Below are positions 13,000 through 24,480 of a stretch of 64,000 nt of DNA, one piece after another (position 1 is the stretch's first letter; each line of letters begins with the position of its first letter). The notes below the pieces were generated by a model, which made no database searches, was not told the origin of the DNA, and saw only the letters and a list, made by a program, of their open reading frames with translations. Both the position numbers and the translations under genes were made by a program. The DNA is from Octopus bimaculoides (lineage: Eukaryota), in assembly GCF_001194135.2 (NCBI RefSeq), contig NC_068984.1, forward strand, positions 105,149,639 through 105,213,638. The letters are read 5' to 3'.

Positions 13000-14420
13000 T
13001 ATAGCTGATCGAGTTGAATGCCTCAAATCAGGCAGACATTATATAACACAGGACCAGAGGAGCAGTTTCATGACTAGTACAAAATATAAGCTTATTAACC
13101 TAAGAATAGACACAAGAATAAAACACACAAACTTATTGCAATGGAATTGTAGCAGCTCTACTAAGTGGTTAGGAATATCAAAGATAAATTCAATTGCAGA
13201 TTCATATGATTCAATATGACTAAGTTGTAGCCATGCCTTTCTAAAAGTTTTCTTCTGATGGCTCCAGAATTAGAAAAGCATGCATTGTAAGGAATTCAAG
13301 AAAATCGTTATTTTATATATAATTCTTTCTGGTTTAACATGGAAATGAGCTTTTCGATGTATTTATGTGTAGCTACAGTGAAGCAAAATATTAGGATTTG
13401 CTCAATTTATGCATTCTACATACACTACAAACCAGACCTAGGTTTACAGGTATAGAATTTCACAGAGACTATCTGAACAGGTATGGCATGGAGAGGGGAA
13501 GGAATTTGAATTAAAAAATTATGGTAGAGAACTGAAGATTATAAATTTCCCAGATGCAATATTAAACCTATACATCAGCAAATGCCACGCTAGCACAAAC
13601 CTACAATATATAGAATTCAGAGCATCCACCCAAGATCATACAGCACATCATGGGTATTATTTGCAGATTTATATCATCAAACCAAAAAATATTTAGAAAC
13701 ACTGCCTCACACTATAAATGAGTTCTAGTAGTGGTTTTAATACCAAGCTAAAATAGTCACTGACAATAAATAACACCAAATGCAAAAATAGAAAAATTAT
13801 CTGGTTTAATCCTCCAATAGTTCTAATGTATTCATAAATATAGTAAAACTCTTTCTTATCGTAATCAGTACACACTTCCCTGCTTCACACAGATATCAAA
13901 AGAAAATCTACAACAAAAAATTCTGCTAGGGCCCAGTTATAGATGTATGGAGAACATAGACTTACAAATTTCTTAACAATAAAAATCTATAAACAGCAGG
14001 TAGACAACTCAAAACTAATACAATTTCAGTGATACAATTAGGCATTCTATTGAATGAAAATGTGTGTCAAATGAAATAGAGTACAGACCAGGGTAGAATC
14101 AACTAAACATACAATAAAAACTTACATCAGGTTAACTGAAAATATCTTTAAAGCTAGATTCGTGCCACATACCCATTTGTTTAGTTCCAGATATAAGTAT
14201 AGTGTAAGATTACTTTTGAAATGTTTCTTGAAAGATAAAACAAACTTCACAATAAAATAGAGTATTGTTTCAAAGACATATACTAAGTGTAAGAGCTGGA
14301 GCCAACAATGTGCAACTGAAAAACTCAACATTTCGACCAGCTGGCTGTCTTGAACAGGAGAAAAGAAACCTTGTCATGTCTCTCTACAAAATATTCAAAC
14401 TATTATATTCCTTTACATCT
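13000..14420 (+). mobile_element. Penelope-like retroelement remnant (RT plus GIY-YIG endonuclease), with frameshifts and stops
   Basis: RT-like ELKIINFPDAILNL...NLQYI near 13530-13610, linker THFPASHRYQKKIYNK/SYRCMENI from 13870, and GIY-YIG-like KTYIRLTENIFKARF...LKDKTNFTIK*SI...CATEKLNI at 14115-14335. Confidence 0.75.
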
Positions 14421-15059
14421 TGAACATGTATCCCTTACATGTGACTCACTTGGTTTGTGTTAGCCAAAGAAATGGTTCTCAATGCTACCTTGAATAAAAG
14501 CACATTTTTCCCTACTGACCAATCAGTATTTCCATCTACTTAATCAAATATGAAATTTGAAGAAACTGCAAACATCATTAGCTGAATATTGTGTAGTTTG
14601 GTGTTGGACTCACAATCCAGTTCATGGGAATTTGGTCTACTTGAAACTAATAGAAAATTCCTGGAAATTTAGCCTGCTAAAAACAGCCAGCTATATCAAA
14701 TAATACTTTCCTACCTTACAAAAGGGAAGAATTCATTAAGTGATGTAGTCATAGTTTATATCTTGGATAAAAAAAAAACAGCTAGAAGGTCTATGGAAGA
14801 TCTGCTTGATCAAGCCTCAGCCCACCTACATGAATATATGTACCAACTAATGTGTGTTTGTGTGTGTACATATATACATGTATGTATAAATGTGTCTGTG
14901 TCTGCATGTGTGTATATATATGTATGTATGTTTATATGTCTGTGTGTAAATATATATATATATATGTGTGTATGTATGTATGCATATATATGCCATATAT
15001 GTTGTTGAACTCTCACATTGCTTCAACGAATGAGAGTTCAACAAGATACAAATGAAAAA

Positions 15060-15590
15060 AACAACCATTGCCCCAGGGCTGCCTGTGTGGAGGGTCAAAG
15101 CTGAAAACTTCTAATAGCATCTCTGTCTGTCCCCATTGCCTCTTTCCCTCTCACCAATGGACTTATCAAAGAAAGTGTGTTGCTATCGGTGCTAGTGTCT
15201 TGATTTGCTGAACAGCCTTGCACAATGAATATTGTAATGAGCATGGCTTGTGCAGAGTCAGTCCCACGTTCTCATTCTTTAAACTTATGTTGGTCTGGTG
15301 CCACAAACTCATTACTTAGCAGGATGCAGGATTTATGTGAAGTGACTTCTCTTAGATAAGCAGCTAGAGGCTGATGGGTCTCATCTGCCCTAAGTCCATT
15401 AGGGTGTCTTTGAATGACCTTCCAGAGGCAATTCCATGATATGTTAATTAACCCACAGTTGGGATTCCAGTAAGTGCTACTTCTCTTCTTTGCAATTGAT
15501 TCCAAATTCAATGTCCACACTTCACAAATGCCTTCTACTCTAGCATCAGGTTGACCAAAGTTTTCACTGCACTTTTACACAGACCTGCTA
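15060..15590 (-). mobile_element. Degenerate non-LTR retrotransposon RT fragment
   Basis: Minus-strand translation contains DLGQMRPISL*LLI*EKSL, resembling the RT motif D..N(W/Y)RPISL...K. Multiple stops. Confidence 0.35.
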
Positions 15591-16374
15591 TATGCATGTG
15601 TGTGTACATATGTATGTGTGCAACAGTATAATGAACATTGACAGAGAACTGTTGGTTTCCATGTAAAACACCAAAGTAGTTTGTCCCTTCCTTTTTCAAT
15701 CCTGCAAAACTCCACTGTATCTAAATTCCTGAGTAATAGTAAGATACCTTGGTACAAAAGAAATAAGGATCACTAAATATGTATGTGTGAACCTCTATCT
15801 CTCTAATATCTATGTATTGTGTGTACACATACACACACATTCTTGTATTCTTTCACTGGTTTCAATCCTTGAATGGTGGTAATACTGGAGCACCACCTTC
15901 AAGACTTTGTCAATCACATTTGTCCTAGCTCTTTCCCTGGTCCTTTTATCACTGTTATAAGGGATAAAAATTAAAATGTACTTGGCTTCAAGAGAGACGA
16001 CTTGAGTCAGAATTTAGGTTTCTTTTATTTTATTTTTATTTTTGCTTGATTCACTGATATACATGTTCACCCCACACTGTTACCTATACATGCATACATT
16101 CGCATACATGCATATATGCAGTAGGAAGGGCATCCGATTATAGAAACTGTGCCAAAATTGAGACATTGAAGCAAGAATACTGGATCCTGTCCATATGTTT
16201 ATATATATATATATATATGTATGCATATTGACAAAAGATGTTAATGTTAGCAAGAAAACTAATACAGCAATAATTTGAAACAGAAATGCATTGAAAGAGT
16301 GATTAGCTCTTTAAAAATTTGCACCAAACATTATTTACAAAATACACAAAATACAGTATAATGTAGATTCAAGC

Positions 16375-16687
16375 ACAAGCATTGCTGTTAGGTTTAGAGG
16401 CTTACTTCACATCCACTTGATTCTAGGTTCAATTATACTGCGCTTCACTTAGGGCAAGTGCCTTCTACTGTAACCTCAAGTTGACCTTTGATTGAATGTG
16501 ATAGCCCAAAATTCATGCAAAACCCATTGTACACGTGTCAGTGTAGACTGTTGTGTTCTGTTACGCTGATTTATTTCAAAATACAGAATTTAGCAACTCA
16601 ATATAGATTAATGAATACTGAAGAGAATTAGGTAGTGGAATTGATGTACCCCAACGTTGCTGTAGTTCAATGGCTGAAAACCATTAA

Positions 16688-16690
<3 letters not shown>
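16375..16690 (+). mobile_element. Degenerate copy of the long SINE family
   Basis: GGCAAGTGCCTTCTACTGTAACC core and the 3' segment GCTGTAGTTCAATGGCTGAAAACCATTAAAA. Confidence 0.55.

Positions 16691-16737
<47 letters not shown>
16691..16737. repeat. (TA)n microsatellite
   Basis: Direct inspection. Confidence 0.95.
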
Positions 16738-16741
<4 letters not shown>

Positions 16742-17682
16742 AGAATGTTATGTCTAAATTAGTGTGTGCCTGTGAATTACAAAATTAATTTTGAATGGGA
16801 CTTCCAAATTTCACCTGATAGCTTATTCAATATGTTGAATGTGCTGTCAGAGGAAATTTGAAGTTCCAGTCAAAATAATTTTATAATATATCTTACTCTA
16901 CTTTTAATACTGATTCATGGCACCTCCCGTCCTCTATTAGTAAATGTTCTGTTATTCTTCAAAAGTACTTTAAAATAATAACCCTTAAAATTAATACCTT
17001 GTGCTCCCACACATGCACACATATACATAAACACACATTTATTGATATATATTTATGATCTTATAAATACATTAGAAAAATTGCTAAAAATTCTCTTGAT
17101 AATATTGTTTCTGCTATTTTATTAGGGCATCAGCTTAAGTTTCAGTTGATTTTCTTGATGATTTCTTCATATATCAGCACTTCATACTATTTGCTTCGTA
17201 TCAGGGCACAACGTTTACAAAGAGCAATAAAATTACTGATAGCTTACAAGAAATTAGTATTTTCTTAATAAACACTGAAATGTGCATGTACTTGCTTGTA
17301 TGCATATTCTGAATTGAAATAATAATTGAATGCAATGATTCTTAAAATTGCAGTAAAATATAATCTATTGAAAGCCCTTCTTGTAATTTTGACAAATATT
17401 CCACCAGAAATATTTTGAACGTATTTTAGAGTTTTCCTCTATAATATTTGTACATGCGAAATTTCATATAAATTCTGTAACTATTTAGAATTAATGTAAA
17501 ATGGAGATCTTTCCAAATTGAAATAAATAAATATACAATATTTGGAGTCAAGTTAATACTAATTAGAAAATTTATGCAAGCTTGTCAACTGTTGTGCTCT
17601 GATTTTGTGTGGAAATCCAGGGCTGACTCCTATCTAGCACTAACCCTTATCTTTTTTGTCTTGTCCCTCTTTCTGTTTACAG

Positions 17683-18056
17683 TTCAACCTGCTGTTTTGC
17701 TGGACTGGGTTCTAGTTTTGTATGGGACTGATAGACATCCCCAGCAAGTTCCCACCACTACTAGCACCAGCACGACTGCCGCACCAACTAGTAGTACCAC
17801 CACAGCTCCTCCTTCTAACTATCCTCGTTCGGTTGCTGACAAAGCCAATCCTCGTGTTCCAGCGACTCCTAACTTTCCAGAATATAATCATAATATATTT
17901 AGGACGAACCTAAAGTCACCATATGCACGTCGTAAACCTCCACTGCACAGGCACCACATGTGTATTTTTGAAACTCTTGCAAAACGGAACAACATATCGT
18001 CCATGCAGTATAGGCGAGCAGTAGGTAACTCTACCTCTGATGATGACAAGTCATAA
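17683..18056 (+). CDS. Proprotein convertase (subtilisin/kexin, furin/PC1-like) exon A: end of P domain plus Ser/Thr/Pro-rich C-terminal tail; probably an alternative last exon
   Basis: CTAAC branch motif at 17640-17644, long pyrimidine tract and TACAG acceptor (AG 17681-17682). Phase-1 translation (V)QPAVLLDWVLVLYGTDRHPQQVPTTTSTSTTAAPTSSTTTAPPS...YRRAVGNSTSDDDKS* with TAA at 18054-18056. DWVLVLYGT matches the P-domain terminal strand (cf. PC5 KEWSLVLYGT, furin KFTLVLYGT). The region is GC- and CpG-richer than its flanks. The specific paralogue cannot be assigned. Confidence 0.85.
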
Positions 18057-18704
18057 TTAATCACACATGTGGTTTATGGGACCATAAACAGCAATTGTTT
18101 AATATTTATCCAGTTAATGTGTACTGTTTGTCAAATGAGATAAAAATTTTTATTGTTGGAAATAGAAAAGAAAGAAATGAACGGAGGTTCTTATTGGTTA
18201 TAATTGCTGTCAGGGAAAAAAAAACTGTTTAGTAGTTGAGTAAATATTCTTTTTTTAATTGTTGACTTCCTGCCCATTAAACACAAAGACACATGCACTT
18301 ACACGCACACACACACACACACACTCTCTCTCTCTCTCTCTCTCTCTCTCTAAATAATTCTGAGCTAACCCCCATCTTTTTTTTTCACTCATTTAGAACA
18401 AAAATATGTTTTTGTTTATAACAATTTAAGTGCTTTACATTTTAACACATTCAAATAATGTTTTCTTTTTTTATTTGTATTTTTAAGAACCTTTTTATTT
18501 TGTCTAAGTTGAAAATTTATACATTTTTAATAAAATTCCGATGGAAATAACAAGCAGCTTTCTGCTGTTTCAGTGTACTTTTCTATTTACTTGTGTGTCA
18601 ACATGCACACACAGCACGCATACACATGCACACACACGNNNNNNNNNNNNNNNNNNNNNNNNNNNNNNNNNNNNNNNNNNNNNNNNNNNNNNNNNNNNNN
18701 NNNN

Positions 18705-18759
<55 letters not shown>

Positions 18760-20836
18760 GCAATTACACATTTTTGTGACACACCTCATTTTCTTCCCCT
18801 GTAATGCTGACTGACAATTATTTCTAAAATTTATTTTTAATAATTCATTTTACTCTAACAGTTCCTTTCTGTCAGCTCTTTTGGGCTTAATGTATTTGAA
18901 TGCTTTAGCCAAAGTAAAGAATTCCCTTCTTTTCTTTCTACCAACAGAATTACTCATCTTTTTATAAGAACGCATGTTTGAATTCTTGTATTACATACAA
19001 GAAAATAATTTTTGGAAGATGATGTGAATATATTGTTATTTTCTAACTATGGTAATAAGGTTTCATTACCAGAACTTTATAACAAATTTTATCTCCTTAT
19101 AACCTGGGAAGAGTTCAGCAAGTATTTCATAACAATCTGATACGCCTTTGCTTGTTATTTTTTTTGTTGAAGTCTTGCAAATTAAGAAGGATTGTACCAT
19201 ATTTTTATGTTATACTTGTATTTATCACTGACTAAATATAATGTCAAGTCTGTGAATATTGACAGTGTGATGTGCTATAAGCCACTTTGAGTTTTAGACT
19301 ACAGTTGGTTGTATTTTTTGAAGTGTTTCAAGCTGTGAATTTAGACAAAACATCAATCAACTACATTTCTTTCCAATTTACAGTGGCACTTCAATTTTCT
19401 CAACTCTTAGTACATTGCCAGCAAAAATATTGATGGAAATGAAATTCTGTTAGGTCTTGCTATTGCAAGAGAACTCAGTTATGTTCAGTGTGCTTTTTTT
19501 TTTTTGTAAAATTATTGAAAAAAAGTATGAAAGTGATATTAATCATCTTTTTGTTTGTAGGTCAAGTAGAAATTTCCATGACAGTGTTTCTGGTAAAGGC
19601 ATTGACACTAGTTGTTGAGCTAGGACAAACTCAATCAAATTGCTCCAAACATATTCAAAGGTGCTCTATATAGAATTTGTAGATCATACTCAAATGATCA
19701 TTCCATGTTATTTACTTTTATAACCAAAAAGTATTCATGGTGGAAAAGACAAAAAAAAAATAACAAAAAAAAAAGAAAGAAAAAGATAACTGCCTTAAGA
19801 ATGACTGTTGTTCTCTCCAGTGATGAATGTGGCTTCTTTATGCAAATGAATTACATACAATGGTTCATAGCGATCTTCTTTGTTTTGACTTCATTTTACC
19901 CTTTGCCTGTACATCAAACTGTGTATACATGTGTGTATGTTTGTAAGTGAATAAACATGGCTATTTACAAACATCCAAAATACTATTTTTAACCCATTTA
20001 GTGTTGTAGAAAAAATAGTTTGTTTCTACACTTTATGCATTGTTCTAAAATTGGTGACAGTTTCTTTTTTTAACAATTAATTGCTCCTTATTTGTGCATT
20101 GTATTTGTTTTTAAAGTTTGGATTAGAAAAGCATTTATAGTATGAGTAAACTGTTTTAATAGAAGTCTTTTTTTCTTTTTTATGATGAATCCCATTTCTT
20201 TCTATTTCAATAGGTATATTTTCAATAATTTTAAACCACTTAGTATTTAAGCTACATCACAATGAAAGTTCAGTTTTTTGTCCAGTTGCCATCATTAATT
20301 TTGTTTTAGATGTAGATGTTGACTAAAGACAGTTGTGTGAGTTAACATATACTAGGATTGAGGTGAACTCTATCAATTTAAATAGTTCTTCATTCATTTT
20401 ATTGATAAAGGTTAGGCCAGTGATCTTCATTAGTTTATGAGTTCTCTGGTAATGTAATCTGTTACCAATGGATCATAGGCACTAAGGAAAACATTGACTT
20501 TATGAAATCATATCTAGTGATGCATACTACTGGAAGTAACTGAACTCAGCACTGTCAGCGCTTGACACATTCCTAGATTTTACTGTAGCAATACTCTGTA
20601 CTCCTGTGTTGTACTTATTCACAGATAGATATTAGAAGTGTCATGGCTTTGAAGATATTTTAGTGCTCAGGAAACCACCAGACTTTCAGATGGTAAAATG
20701 GCACACTATCTACTTAATCATTTGTAACTCTCATTACTGTTTGTGTGTGTGCATGTATGTAGTATCTATAAACTATTATATAGAGTTTTTACCATCTACT
20801 TTCAAGAATTTTCACTAATTTGGATATGTTAATAAA
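18057..20836 (+). other. Putative 3' UTR of exon A with candidate poly(A) signals
   Basis: T-rich, transposon-poor sequence after the stop codon. AATAAA at 18529-18534, 19950-19955 and 20831-20836, the last followed by a T-rich tract. The true 3' end is unknown. Confidence 0.35.
18639..18704. other. Assembly gap
   Basis: Run of N inside a (CA)n tract. Confidence 1.
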
Positions 20837-21456
20837 GCAGATTTTCGTTTTTTAAAGATTTGAATTATATACTACTTTCCATTCATAATATTAATTATGA
20901 TTATTGGATATAATTTTAAGAATTAAGTTTCAATTAAAATTGCATCTTTCATCAAACTTAAACAGGATTACATCAAACATTTTAAAGACATTAGTCACTT
21001 TAATTCCCAAACTATTTTCAGAGTTATTTGCTACAAATAGCTAACCTGTTAAATTGTAAGAAATATATTAAATCTGATCTATTTTGAATAATTTAATGCC
21101 ATCAAAGTAATTCATTTTACTGAGTTCTGTGATAATAGTTGTGGATGTTGTTCAAAATGTTTCACTAAGTTGAAGTTTGTTTTTTATATATATATATTTA
21201 TGATATCTACTCAGGGTTTCTTTTTTTTTTTTTAGATTAATTTTCATTTTTTTTTTTTTTGCATTTTGTTGTTTACTTTGTAAAATTTCATAAATTTAGG
21301 ATATTTAGTTTCATAATCCATTACATAATGCTTCAAAATAAGATATTTTATCAATGTCCACAGTTAATGGTTTCATTCTTGAATAATTAGCTTTCTTTAC
21401 AAGAGACTTCTTTTGTTAATCAATACTTAAATGTATTGTGTTTTTAAAATGTTGGT

Positions 21457-21707
21457 NNNNNNNNNNNNNNNNNNNNNNNNNNNNNNNNNNNNNNNNNNNN
21501 NNNNNNNNNNNNNNNNNNNNNNNNNNNNNNNNNNNNNNNNNNNNNNNNNNNNNNNNNNNNNNNNNNNNNNNNNNNNNNNNNNNNNNNNNNNNNNNNNNNN
21601 NNNNNNNNNNNNNNNNNNNNNNNNNNNNNNNNNNNNNNNNNNNNNNNNNNNNNNNNNNNNNNNNNNNNNNNNNNNNNNNNNNNNNNNNNNNNNNNNNNNN
21701 NNNNNNN
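21457..21707. other. Assembly gap
   Basis: Run of N abutting the long palindrome. Confidence 1.
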
Positions 21708-21935
21708 GGTTAAAGTATATATTTAAATTATGTCAGAAAAATGTTAGAAAAATGTTAGAAAATCTTTTTGGTATATAAACATTGTATTTTGAGAAATAAC
21801 CGGTTTCGTGTTGTCTTTTCAAATTTAGACAACACGAAACCGGTTATTTCTCAAAATACAATGTTTATATACCAAAAAGATTTTCTAACATTTTTCTAAC
21901 ATTTTTCTGACATAATTTAAATATATACTTTAACC
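21708..21935. repeat. Perfect long inverted repeat (109-bp arms, 10-nt loop)
   Basis: 21708-21816 is the exact reverse complement of 21827-21935; loop TTTCAAATTT at 21817-21826. The left arm begins at the edge of an N-gap. Confidence 0.95.
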
Positions 21936-23369
21936 ATGTAACACAAGCCTTCTGTAGTTTTTTCACTCTTATTATCTTCTATATATATATATATAAAACA
22001 CTAAATATTTGTTTTAGTTAACTTGTGTTGTCTATTTTTATACATATCATTTTTGAATATTCAAATTTTAAAAATATGTCAGGGAAGAATTCTAAAAGGA
22101 ATCTGGTAATAGTCGGTAAATGAAATATATGTCTAAATTTTCAGAACTGAGTATATTGGATTAGTTCAAAACATCATTTATAACATATTCTCTCTTTCTC
22201 TCTCACACACATATATACACACACCAGGTTCATTTTAATTATAGAGTTAAATATACTTCATAATATATTTGATAAATTTTGAAACCTAAATTGTAAGCAA
22301 ATTTTCCTTAATATAACAACAGTTATTACTACTACTAATAATAATGTAGAAAATTATTTAAATATCTAGAATTTCATTTTCCTAAAGGGAATTTTTGTAA
22401 GAAGTGCTTAAGGAAGAAATGCTGTTAAATAGATCCAAAATGAAATTGTGTTATATTTATTGTAAATTTTTGCAATTCAGGTGATAATTTCACTATTTAC
22501 TTAGTTTTCTTGACTGAAGTGTTCCATAATAATCATACTTGTAATGTGTAATAGGTTTGTCTTTTCATACATTACCATAAAGAGTCGGGAACAAACCATT
22601 TATTTTGTTACTTTTTCAAATGATCATGTTTTGTGGGCCTAATTTCTATAACCGATATTTTGTTTCAAGTGAATTATGTCTCCTGTTGTTAACTATCTCT
22701 CCTCTTGTTAATTCTCTAGATGCCCTGTGGTTATTTTTTTTAATGTGATCATCTGTTTACTTCATTTTAATTGTTAGATTGTTTCTTTGTTTTCATCATC
22801 TGCATTAGAATTAGTGTTTGTAAGAAGAAAGAAGAGAATAAGTTTATAAATGTAGTTATGTGTGGTCATATTATAAGGATGAAATGTGATATGGCTAAAC
22901 TTGAAGTAAATCTGATTTTTAGTATATAGTATTTGATACAGATTTGGTAATGGATTCTTCTTTTTGGGCCTGATTTTGTCTTTGGTTTATTTTTCATTGC
23001 CATTTTGTCTTTATGTGCCACATTCTTAAAAATTATGAAGTCACAAAGCATAGAATGCCTGAAGAGATTGAAGGACATGCGAATGAGAATGTGCAGAGAG
23101 AAAAAAATACAAGGAGAAATAACAACAAGTAAAAAAATGAATAATACTAATTGGTAAACTAAATATGGGATAGATTGTCCAAATTCTAAATAAGTATGAA
23201 ACCTTGTGGTAAGAATATTCTTGATTTCATGTTTGCAGTTTCCTATGAATTAATAAAAAAAAATGCCTATTTTATAGATTAAAATTCAAATTCAAATATA
23301 CTGGATTCTGCATGTGCAACATTAAATTTGTGTTCTGTTTTGTTTGAGAGTGTGTGCATGTGACTATAC

Positions 23370-23528
23370 ATTGCATGTATGTATGCACACATGCAATATG
23401 TATGAAATGTATGCATGTACGTGGGGCATATATGTGTGTGTGTATGTATGTAGGTATATGTGTGTGTATGTATATGTGTATGTGTATGTATATATGTATG
23501 TATATGTGTGTGTGTGTGTGTGTGCGTG

Positions 23529-23562
<34 letters not shown>

Positions 23563-23600
23563 CATACACACATATATATATATGCATGTTTGTGTATATA
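23370..23600. repeat. Compound (TG)/(TA)/(TATG) microsatellite
   Basis: Direct inspection. Confidence 0.9.
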
Positions 23601-23629
23601 TGCCAATTTACCTTATATTGCAATTTACA

Positions 23630-24480
23630 CAGCTGTCTTTGTTTTTCTGTTGCCTTCTTCTGTTCATTTGTGCTGTACATTGCTTCAAACTGGAACAGGC
23701 CTTCTTCATAAAGACACACCAGTCTTTTCCCTCCTACACAGAAGATTCTAGATCTGACAGGGATATCAAAACTCCTGTGATTGCCTTTGATACAGTCCTT
23801 GTATCACAGTTGAGCATTCTTTTCGTTTGTTTTTCCATCAAATGCTCCCTGACATTTGCTGGTATGCCATGCAAAAGCTGTCTATCTGATTGATGTTGCC
23901 CATCCTGCATAACATATTAAGATCTTGATGCTGAGAAGGTCTACTCCATCTAAAGCTTCTAACCCTTTCGATCTAGTTGTGTTTCCTGTTCCATATCCTG
24001 ATCCTACAGCTGCATAGAAGTCTTGTAAGAATGTCTGCTTTGCCTATATTGATTTTTGTAGAAGACTGGGTGTTTGGCAGTTTCTCATTCAAGAGTATTA
24101 GCAACCCATTGAGGGATTGCAGTAATTATTTCCTTGTCAAGAGAAACAGTTGATGGTTCAGCTCAGTGTCATTCACAACAAATATCAAGAGAACCATTGA
24201 TGAATCTGGTGTTGACCAATGTGGGTCAGTGACATGGCAAGCTTCGAAGAATTTTTCAGCAGTCATTTGGAGATGTAATTCTCTTGTAACCACAGTCTTC
24301 AGCAAATGATGCATCTTAGACCAGTTTCTTAAGTGCCCATCCTGAAACCATTGACAGAGGTTGAATAAAGAGTCACCAGTTACTACCTTGTTTGTTCTTC
24401 AGTCAAGGTCACACAGATTCATGTAGAGCACCTGGTTAAAATAGAACTAAACACTGACACAGCTATTTTAGAAACCACAT
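23630..24480 (-). mobile_element. RTE-clade (BovB-like) LINE 3' fragment, degenerate
   Basis: Minus-strand fragments SDRQLLHG, YKDCIKGNHRSFDIP and LYEEGLFQFEAMYSTNEQKKATEKQRQL resemble the RTE-BovB C-terminus (RQLLYGEL...RYKD.LK..LK.FDI...FE..R). Confidence 0.6.

Noticed and set aside
18072-18089. 8-bp stem GTTTATGG/CCATAAAC just after the exon A stop codon
   Set aside because: Short, AT-rich, with a 2-nt loop; within chance expectation and not a SECIS or other recognisable element.
19821-19950. Acceptor TTCTCTCCAG followed by a hydrophobic frame DECGFFMQMNYIQWFIAIFFVLTSFY
   Set aside because: It needs a phase-2 donor, but exon A offers only phase 0 or 1. It lies just before an AATAAA in UTR-like DNA, and T-rich DNA yields hydrophobic translations.
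22950-23160. Open frame with a TM-like helix and basic tail (GPDFVFGLFFIAILSLCATFLKIMK...)
   Set aside because: No AG acceptor lies between the upstream in-frame stop and the helix, and there is no start codon before it.
23850-23920. Plus-strand PDIC...AVYLIDVAHPA resembling a restriction-like endonuclease motif
   Set aside because: The opposite strand gives a much longer, coherent RTE match, so this is coincidental.
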